DNA from: Klebsormidium nitens
Taxonomy: Eukaryota > Plantae > Klebsormidiophyceae
NCBI GenBank assembly: GCA_000708835.1
Contig: DF237306.1
Span: 30,635-94,634, forward strand
Length of the DNA: 64,000 nt
Reading direction: 5' to 3'
Shown: in pieces, positions 49,226 through 59,200 of the stretch
Position numbering within the stretch: the stretch's first letter is position 1
Layout: every line of letters starts with the position of its first letter
The notes under the pieces: model-generated
What the model was told of the DNA's origin: nothing
Databases searched by the model: none
Seen by the model: only the letters and a program-made list of their open reading frames with translations
Made by a program: the position numbers and the translations under genes

Positions 49226-52200
49226 ATGAAGCTTGTCATGTGCTGGGTAGCAGCGACATTGTTTCTGGTACAGTCAATGACGTGTCGCGCTCTGAGCGAA
49301 CCAGATGCAGCCAGCAGGTGGCTCTCAAGAGGACGTCCGAGGGTGCTAGTCTCCGCAGGTGAGCCTTCCTCTCTGAGGATCTCTGGCTACTTTCATCTGC
49401 TCTGGTGCAATATATCTGTTCATCGCTCATGATATGAGATCAGAATGCCCTTACCTTTGTTACAAGTCCGGCTCTGCATTCAGTGCCATCCGCCCTCATC
49501 TTGCTTGATCATTTTGCGCATTAGTCTACTCTAATGCGCCACTAAGAATCCAGTCTGACCTTTGTAGGTCCAGAAAGCACAAATAAGGATTGCAGCTTTC
49601 TTTTCAGCTTTCCTTTCCATAGATATTCGGGGGAGTCTGAGAAGAGAGTTGGAGGACCTTCTTTGTGGATGACGGATCATCAGCATCTCAGAAAGCTCTT
49701 TAAAAGGGGTTCTAAGGAAGTCAGCAGAAGCCCAAAGAGCACCCCGGTGTTTTGACTGATAATCTTTTCTTTGCACGATAAACTGGTTCCAGATTTATTG
49801 TGCGTCGCAACGTTGTTGCATCATCAGGTTGACAGCTGTCCCCTTGTTCTGCTGCAGATGCTAATGGCACTAGTGCTCTCTGCAACCCCCCTTGCTTGAA
49901 TGGGGGAGTTGGGGCGGTGGGCACATTTCTGATCTTTTTTACCAGAGCGTTCTGCCTTTCAAATCAAGTAGGACAGATAAGGCAGCCACGCATAGCCACT
50001 AGCATGGCCTGAATTAACTACATACTTATCAGAACCCGTGGAAGGGAAACGTGTCAACAAGTCAAGCCTACGTGTCAACAAGTCAAGCCTACGTGTCAAC
50101 AAGTCAAGCTTTCTTTGTTGACCTCAAATTCAGATCAGGAGATGTCCTTGCAAGGGGCCTCCTCAAAAACCAGATGACAAAGAATCTCATTTCCTCAAAT
50201 TTGCATTCTTTGTTCAAAGGATGACTGGTCGGTGTCCACAAAAGGAGGCATGCTACTGAATCACTGGTTGGAATGTTTCTAGGCTGGGGTTGCAGTGTCT
50301 CTGAAACATCAAACGTTGAAGGCCAGGATAAGTTCAATCATACAGTCGATTGGCGACAGGATTGTCCATTAAGCAGATTCAAAGGACAAAGAAGCTTACT
50401 TAAAGTTCCTAGGCTACTTAGAGCAGTTCCTTGATGCAGGGGCACATGGGCTATGCTCGTGTGCTCTTTCCCTTAACTTACGACTTGCACATCAGCAGTC
50501 TGATATTTTGCTGAAGATCTCCTATGTGACCTCTTTTGTCAGATCAGGGTGATTCGAGATTTACCAAGGGAAAAACATTCTTCGCTTCTATTGACAGTTG
50601 ATTGCAAATGGAACCTGCACTTGCACGTGCCCCGCACCTGACATCAATGCGGTAGGGAGCTCGTTCTACACGTAAGCGCTGTCACTCCTTTCAATCTGTT
50701 GTGTGTGTTTATGAGTAGGCGCTGTTGCTGAGCTCTCGTCCTGACGTCTGATCTCATATTGTGAACGGCATGAGTATGCTCTTTTTACTTGACACGTACG
50801 TGAGGTCTAACGAGATAAGGTGCGGGGTGATATTAGTTGATCTTTGAATTCTGATTATTCTATCTGCCAAACCGAAAATTAGGTAAACTTAGGAAATTTG
50901 ACGATACCCTTACTGGATCTCATCGAGCTGGGGGGCGATCCGGTGAGCGAAAATTTCACCCCAATTGATAGCCGTGTTTTCGTAAGTTGGAACGTGGTAA
51001 TTTTCTGTTCAATTGAAGCCAAGCCGAACAAAAAGAAAAAGGGGCGAATGCTGATTATTGCGCGGATCCCCAGTTAGCGGCCTTCAGTGCAGAAATTATG
51101 GCGACTCTATGCATCGGCTTTCACTGACCTGCAACAAGGCAGCGCTGTTTCAAATTGCTGCAACAGAGTCACTGAGGAGTCATTGAGTACGAGAATTGTG
51201 AAAGTGTATGGAAACAATGCAGATAGTGTCCGATTGATGGATCGTTTAAGAAGTTGTGATACTGTAACCAGAAGACAAAGCTGAGCGTGTCAGGTCGAGG
51301 AGTATCGTTGACGAAGATTGTGCAAGCATAAGAATGCAACGAACGGTGATCGTCTCCGCTGCCATCATGGCAGCGCTTGCCGGTGCAATAAGAAGGCAGT
51401 TCTGCGCCATGCCACCAAGACACGTGCCCTGCCTTGCCAGACTTCAATCGTCTCTACCGTACTCCTTTTCAACGTTTGATACGAAACTGAACATGTTAGC
51501 ACATCGGTCACGTTATCAAAGATGATCAGAAAGAGACCTCTGCTGACTGGTTTGCTCTCCGACACCCAGTGGCCTTCAGTGCGAAACGCCGGCGGTTTTG
51601 TGCGACTCGACGGGCTATTACTGCGCCAATGGGGGCCAGTGCCCTGCCACGTGGCAGCCGGGAGGGGCCTGCACGTGCCCGGACCCCTTCTACGGACCGC
51701 AGTGCCAATTCGTCGGAGTGCAGTGCGGCACTGTCTCGTGCCAAAACGGTGGGAGGTAAGTATCGCTCTCTTCTTTTCTTTCCGCCAAAATGCACAATTT
51801 ACAACCTCGTGTTATCGACTTTCCAACGAGGGCATGTATATGTTGTTGATAGGTCCTGTGCCAGAACGCTGGGAGGTAATGATCGCTCTTCAGTGACCTT
51901 GGAATCTGTCTTATCGACTCCTTTGCAATAGGCGCATTACTAAAACGCTTTTCAGGCCGTAGGACCCGCACGACGCGGCTCAATCTTGCACGCCAAAAGC
52001 GCTGGTAAATAAGGCGTAGGAAAGGGCGCTGCTTTTGCTTTAGTGCCCTCACATTCCCTTCCAAGACGCCTCACTGCAAGTAACTCAGCTCATCATCGTA
52101 TTGTAGAGCTCAGCAGCGCAGGCCGCCCGAATACAGTGCGGCTCCGTTTCGTCTTAGAATTTCGCTAAATTGCGGGCTTAATGTCGAGGTGGGTCTCCCG

Positions 52201-53843
52201 TCCTCTGAGCGTCACTGTCATTTGCCATGCAGTAGGCAGCATAGAAGGTCGTCTAGATGGTCAGCTACAGGGGAGGAATCAGGCACGAGCGAGGCCTTCA
52301 ACGTATCTCGTGCACAACGAGCGGAAGATGCGCTCGTCCTGCGACTTGTTTTGAGAATGGATTCCAACGCTCTAAAAGGCCCCGTCACTGCCTTTTCTTC
52401 TGACGGGTACCTATGTTCACTGAAAAAGGCCCTATCCTTACCAAGTCCTGCCCGCCTTCACGGGGCCATGCATCTTGTACGAAACTCGCAGGTGCGGTGC
52501 CGCTCTGGACATCGAGTCGCTGACGTGCGGTTGCGAATGGTCATCAACTTTTCAACATTTCTGCAGATGCGTATTGCCATCGTACGTGTTTGCGACGAGT
52601 GCACTAAATACCAAACGTTTTGAATATAAATCTCTCCTGGCCTGACGCCCTCTTCCTTGCGAGATAAGCGCGCGCTTCAATGTTTCACCTGCTACTGCAG
52701 ATGCGGCGCTGACGTCAACAATCAGCCGACGTGCGTGTGCCTCGCTGGCTATACCGGTTCCGACTGCTCCGAGTTCAACGTCACTTCGTACTTTTCCGCC
52801 GTCCGCAGCAACTACAACGGAACCGGACCCATGTACAGGCGTCATCGTCACCATACGCACGTGAGAGAATGAAGTCTGCAAGTATCCTTAATTGCGAATA
52901 GCCTTAGTTCGCGTGTATCCTTTGTTTTCGAGAATCCTTTGTCTGCGTGTATCCTTTGTTTGCAAGCAATTAGTTTGCGCGTATTCATTTGCGCGTCTCC
53001 TTGGTTTGCAAGTATTGTTGGTATGCGGTTCCTCTTCGTTCGCAGGCAACCAGCGAAACAGCTCAAACGAAAGAGCAGTGTCCTTCCGTTCTTTTACCCT
53101 CTATTCAACGTTAGCTCGTGTTCCGGATCGCCTGCGATTCCGCTGCACCTTAGACGGGAGCGGGCAGACTCACGGAAACGGATCCTCAGCTGACGAGCTT
53201 CGACTCTGAAGGGGGCGGTCTTCCTTTCACATCCCTGCTCATTCAAAATCCGGCTCAAGAATATACTGGCCGCTCTTATTACCAACCTTGTGGGCAAGGG
53301 AATGATTTAAAGATCGACCAAACCCTAAAATGATCATCTTGCGAACCAGACCTCCGCAGTGTAGGACCTGCAGGAGCAGTGTGTGTCGAGTTACGGGTCC
53401 GTCGAAATAGGTCACGCCTGGGAGACAAGTGGGATCGTTGTGGGGTTTAGGGAGGGTATGGCCGTGCGGAGCATGTTATCACTGGGTTTAGGCCTTTACG
53501 TTGTCCGAGCCCAAACTATCAAGACAACGAGCCCGAACTATCATGATTCTTTTGTTTGAGTGTCTTTGTTCCCCGTTTTTAAGCGTTCCTGCCTCCTTTT
53601 CCGTTCTCAAGGCTGCTTTTGCTCCATCTTGTTTTTGAATTTCCAAGCCATGGTTCGAAGATCTTAAAACCAGGACAAAATATTATGCAGTGGTACTACA
53701 TCTTCATCGGCGTTGTCGGAGGCTGCGCGCTGTGCTGCGTCCTGTTCGTTGCCACGTGTCTCATCTTGCGGCGGCGGGCGGCCGCGCGCGTGCCCAAGTC
53801 GATGAAGCGCGAGTCGCTTGCAAATCAAGACACCGCAGTACAG
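49226..53843 (+). CDS. Type I membrane protein with three EGF-like repeats; final exon not resolved
   Basis: Exons 49226-49358 (signal peptide), 49858-49916, 50598-50671, 51570-51755, 52701-52860 and 53691-53843. EGF units: CNPPCLNGG..CTCTC..YTGLQC; CDSTGYYCANGGQC..CTCPDPFYGPQC; CGTVSCQNGGRC..CVCLAGYTGSDC. TM YYIFIGVVGGCALCCVLFVATCLIL is followed by the stop-transfer RRR. Confidence 0.85.
50049..50109 (+). repeat. 21-bp tandem repeat (about 2.9 copies), each unit carrying ACGTGTC
   Basis: CGTGTCAACAAGTCAAGCCTA at 50050-50070 and 50071-50091, with a partial copy at 50092-50109. Lies in intron 2 of the EGF gene. Confidence 0.9.
51737..52015 (+). repeat. Junction echo: EGF-gene exon-4 end plus donor copied into intron 4
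   Basis: GTGCCAAAACGGTGGGAG|GTAAGTATCGCTCT (real donor at 51756) versus GTGCCAGAACGCTGGGAGGTAATGATCGCTCT (51858-51889). A weaker third copy lies at ~51987-52015. Confidence 0.8.
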
Positions 53844-56287
53844 GCAAGCTTTTCCGCTGTCCTCCTTTTCGTTCCGTGGTCCAGCGTTCATTTATTTTTG
53901 GGGTGAAGTATGATACCCTTGAGTTATAGCACTGGGATGGGTGAGGTCAATTATGGTGTTTTTGGCGATGGGCACGGGTGCGCCGGAGCGGGGGAAGTTT
54001 GGGTTATCTTACTGGTGTCGGCTTCGTTGTTGTAATATGATAACCAAATTAGACAACTATCTACCTTTCCGTCTTGCTCTCGCCCAAGGTGCCATTTCGT
54101 CCACAGTCCCTTTTGCGACTCTGCCGTGGTCAGGCGTCTGATTAGGTGGCCGCCGTTTGAGTCAACAAGTGCCTGACCGGTGCCCTAACCAGTGCCCAAA
54201 CACCCACTACAGTAGGAAACAGTTGCTCGCGCACCTGGGCAGCGCTCCCGCTTTCTCTCACTGTCTCCTCGTTCTAGTTCGTCTTTTCAATCGCCTTTTG
54301 TGGCGACATGCGCACGGCGAAAACGCGACTGGCAGTGCATACCCAATTCGAAGAGTAAGCCTCCAACGCCAGAAGATCGTCGTCGAGGCGCGTTCATATT
54401 TTCCCCGCTTCTTCAGATTCGCTGCTTCTCGAGGATGCTATTCTTTCCCTGCGTGTCGTTCCTTTCCCCTCGTTTAGGTATCGTCCGGAGGAGGGCTGCT
54501 ATTGGCAAATGACCCAATGAAGTCAAGTGGGCTCGCAAGCAAGACACTGCTTACCAATACAAGTCTTTGTTCTGTTGCGTTACTGCTCCTCTGCTTCCTT
54601 GTTTCTTCCCTTCTTCCGCTGTGCGCTTCTCTTCTTTTCATTCCTCTGTCAGAAGGTAATTTTGGACGGCAAACATTCAATCGACTCGGCAGAGTCCAAT
54701 CATCCGCAAATCACAGCGGGGCAATCAAGCGTTGCCTTTTCTGATTTGTGCATACTTGGAATGGCCCTTGAAAGGCAAGCCTGAATACCGAACGGTGTGA
54801 CCACGTTCGACGTCGAGATTTACCAAACGAGGGATCTTGTCGTGCTTCTTGTCTTGGACCTGTGGTTAAGATCAACCGAATTCGTTGCAAAGCGTCTCCC
54901 TGAGTCAAGCGTGTCCGGTGGCGGCCCAGCGAATCGTGGACTTCTAAGCAATCATTTCGGTCGGGCAGCAGTTACGTCTAAGACGACTGTTAGAGTCGAG
55001 CCGTCGATATGGGTGCGTTACAGTCATCGAGGGCGCAAACTCATTCCGACTCTCCATGTCCTTGCAGATGTCACCTCACCACTTCGCACCTGCAAACGGA
55101 GTCTGAAAGAACTGTGACCATATATTACCATCTCGATCGAAGTTGCACAAGTGAGCTATGCGCACAAAGACCTAGCTTCCTGTAAATTCTTGAGTCTTTG
55201 GGCTGCATTTGGTAATTTCTTGGAAATCCGTGCGGCTACTAGCTCCTTTGTCGGCGGATATATCGCTAGTAAGGGAGAAATTTCAAGGCATCAAAGATAG
55301 CGTATGATGACTTCTTGGTATAACTGGCATGACCGGTTTCAGATGCATATTGCAGTCAAGCAAACACTAAATGTGGCCCAAGTGGCACCATCCATGTACA
55401 GGCGCCTTGTGTGTAAAGAATATCAACCTGGACGGTACTTAGTCCGTGCTCAACGGCATGGACTCTTAACATCAGAACATGATCAGATCACAAGCCACTT
55501 TTGAAGGCGCTGAATTTCTGAATGACGAGCCTGTCGGACGGTGCATGTGAAAATAGTTATTCAGCGCCAAGCATGGGAATTCACATGGACTGCGATCCAC
55601 ATTATATGCACTCGACGGTGGCCATCATCAATGATTGGCATCGAAGTAGTATACAAGATGATGCAAGATATATCTGTACACAGAGGAATCATACATGCGT
55701 TGCGTCGCTGTTTACTTAGAGGTAGGCGATCATGTTCGCAAACGTTGCATAACACACGTTGTATCGGTACATCGATAGTCCAAGCTAGTGAGTCAACCGT
55801 CCAGAGGATCTCAAAGAGGCCGGACGGTTCGGCCTAATGTTCGTATATATCAACGGGAGGTACAACCAGATGTTAAATCAAACTTGAAACAAGGGGCATG
55901 GCAATCAGGTAAAGCTTGCGCTTTTATTGAGCTACTGATTTCAGATCCACATACGCGCATGGACCTCAACTTCGGATGATGGCAGCGCCCTCCTGGACTG
56001 TGACTATAACCTCAATTCAATTAGACGCGTCCTATAATCACCAGGCTCACAAGACGATATGTGCTTTTGTGATTTAAGCCACCGGTTTCTCCTAGAGCTT
56101 TGCGAAGTCGTCGGATGGTCCTGCAAACCCCTATCTCGACTGTCAGTCACTCGACCTAGGCAGCAAGCTGCTGCTTCCAGTACTCTTAGATTCTAAAACA
56201 GATTTCTATACACCCTACCACAGGACAGATCCCGGTGGCTGATCCCCCGAAGTTAGCCGTCTTTCCTGAAAAAGTACGTCAGAGCGG

Positions 56288-59200
56288 CTATCTCTTCTTG
56301 GTAGCTGCCAAAAGCTTGTCTCGTTCCTCGGTGACTCGCATTAGCTGCTGCTCGAGCTGTTCGATCAGCTTCGTTTGAAGCCCGTCCTTCCTGCAGGTAT
56401 GAAGTAAGCGGCTGGTTCATTACATGATACATTCCGAGATCTCTTCAGCTTTTCCAATACTGCTCTGCTCTGCAAAACATTACGACTTTGCTAGCTCGCC
56501 ACTCGCGCTTTTCTGTGCACAAGCGTTGCTCGCGAAATTGTAGCACCTTCCGCTTCATACGGCTGAACAGGGAACCAATACGCGGTGCTTGTCTTTACTG
56601 TCTTGATGGACAGCAAGGACAAACGGAAAGGGTTTACGGGCCGGGTTTCAAAGCTCGAGGTCTTCTGCAACAAAGATAGAACGTAAAAGAAGGTCCAAAC
56701 TCATTCCCACAAAGTCGGTCTCCTAGAATCAATCTTTGAAATCCAAACATTGATATTCACAACCCACAACTTTCCATCCAACCCACATATCCAAAACGAA
56801 TCCAACATGGATGTTGCAAAACGATTAAACCATATTCACATTGCAGCTCATAACTCACAACAAAACCATGATAACCACATCTGACCCTCAATCGCAGACC
56901 TCTTTCCTCTCCTTACTTGTTTAGGAACGTGAGGTACTGCTTGAGCCCCCGGTTTTCTTCCTCCAGTTGATCGGCCTTCTGCGCCTTGATCACTAGTTGA
57001 AGTTGCGTGACGTCATGAGACGGCGCCACGACAGGAGACACGACGGGAGGGCGCACAGGAGCAGGTGGTTTCGATTGCGGTTGCGGTTGAGGAGTCCTGC
57101 ATTCGGGCACATTTTGTTAGTTGGAAGAACTGAATCTCTAAACCCATCTCTAATCCAATTCCATCCCCTCTCTAACCGATACAGCAGGAGATATGAAAGG
57201 GTGCGCGTTGGGGCTACCGGTTTCAATTGCGGCTGCGGTTGATAAGTCCTGCGTTCGGGCCCTTCTTCTTTGTTAGTTGGAGAACTGGATCTCTAACCCA
57301 TCTTCAACCCGTCTCCATCTAATATCTGACCAATACAGCAGGAGGTATAAAAGGGTGCGCGTGTGGGGGCTGGCGGTTTTGATTGCGGCTGCGGTTGAGG
57401 AGTCCTGCATTCGGTCACTTCTTGTTACTTGGAACATGTGTCTTAGAAAGAAGTCCTGAAATCAATTGGTTAAAATAACCCTCTTACAAACCTCTTCGAC
57501 AACTTCAGCAGAAGCGCGTCTGGTGCAGTTGAGGAGTCCTGCATTCGGGCGGATCTTAAGGGTCAGGAGGACTGATAATTCCAGACCCCTCTCTGACGGA
57601 TCTTTAACCCACATCCATCCCAATCCTAACCCACTACCATCCCACCTCCAACCGGTCTCTTACCCAAAGGTTTAACCAGGTTGCTTTCTTCAAAAAATCC
57701 ACATTACCCATCAGTAGACCCGTACTTGTGAAGGGAATCAGATAAGCGCTTCGACGGTGTCTGAACTTTAAGAGTCGGTGCTCAGAAGCAGCTGCATGGA
57801 TAACTGCGACAGGTGCACATCAGCCGGCCGCAAAACGTGGGGCCCGAGAGGCAACATAATGTCAACCAAAAGATTTGAAGGCTTTGGGTAGCAGCGTTGG
57901 GGCAACTACGGCTACAATGGGGAAACCTGCATCGAGGTCAACAGAAGTGTTGCGTTGAAGCAAGCACCCCAAAGTGACGTCAGCTTTTTCCCGTCTCATG
58001 ACGATAACCCGCAGTGGAAGCGAGCGACATTCGGTGCTGACGGCCTGCGTCCGGTGCGAAGTCGACCGACTTAAAAGCGGGGGCGGCACACTATCTCGAC
58101 TCGGAAAGCAGAAACGCGTCTGGTGTGAAAGTGGGTCCCACACGAAGGATTCGCGCCGAGCAGAATTCAAGAGCGCCTTTGCAGAAAGTAAAAGCGGAGA
58201 AACGAGGGAACCGAGGGCGCTTACTTGCGCGGCGCCGGCTTCGTTTCTTTCTCCCCCCGGCCCCGCCTCTTTGTTTCCGCCGGCTTTGCAATGGGGGGCT
58301 TTTCGGACGTCCGGATCTCGGAGTACGCGCGGACCACCTCGCTGATGCTGGAGCTGGTGCGGCCGAGCCCCAGAGCATTGTCCGAAACATCTGCGGACAG
58401 AAGTTCAGGGTTTAAGAAACATAGAAAGGCAAAGTTCTATCCATTGTTTAGCTTTTCGGACGTCCAGATTTCGGAATACGCGCGGGCCACTTCGCTGATG
58501 CTGGAGCTGGTGCGGCCGAGCCCCAGAGCGTTGTCCGAAACATCTGCGGACAAAAGCTCAGGATTTAGAGGGCATAGAGAGGCAAAATGCTATCGAAACA
58601 TTTGAGGACGTCCGAATACTGGAGTACGCGGCACTTCACTAATGCTGGAGCTGGTGCGTCTGAGTCTTAGCCCGTTATCTGGAAAATCTATGAAAAAGAC
58701 TCAGTGGAATCACATGTAAGGTTTCAAACAGAGTATCACAGAATCCCAGGGTCTGACAGGAACAAACTGTGGGATTGAGAGTGACCGACCGTCCAGAACG
58801 TGCTAAGAGTGCACGGGAACGACCTGGGTATGCTGACGTAGGTGCTTACGAGCTCAGTGTCGAAATGGACGACGGCCAAGCTGGATAGTGAACGTGAAGT
58901 TTCGACGGCTGCAAATTGTACGGTCATTGGAAACCGGGTCCGTGTCTCTACGCTGACGGGTCAACGACCAATCGTTCAAAATCGTTGTACACACTAATTC
59001 AATCGGGGAGAGGACGCTTGCATGACGACGAGCATATTTGATTGCAGCTTTTGAGGGGGGACTCCCGATTCTTTTGAAGTGCCTTGAAAGAAGTCCACGT
59101 CCCTGCAAGGAGAAGTGGTGGCAAGTGGAGAGCGCTCATGGATAAGCGAATCTCAAAAATGGAGAATCTCAAGAGGAAACATCGCCAGACGTTCTTCGTT

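Noticed and set aside
52882-52957. Three GTATCCTT(T) matches to the U12 5' splice-site consensus
   Set aside because: They lie downstream of an in-frame stop (52870-52872) and of a good U2 donor at 52861, and they form a short local repeat. No matching U12 branch site was identified.
53320-53495. Telomere-like AAACCCTAAAA / GGGTTTAGGG motifs
   Set aside because: Isolated single units in an intron, not an array; compatible with chance or telo-box noise.
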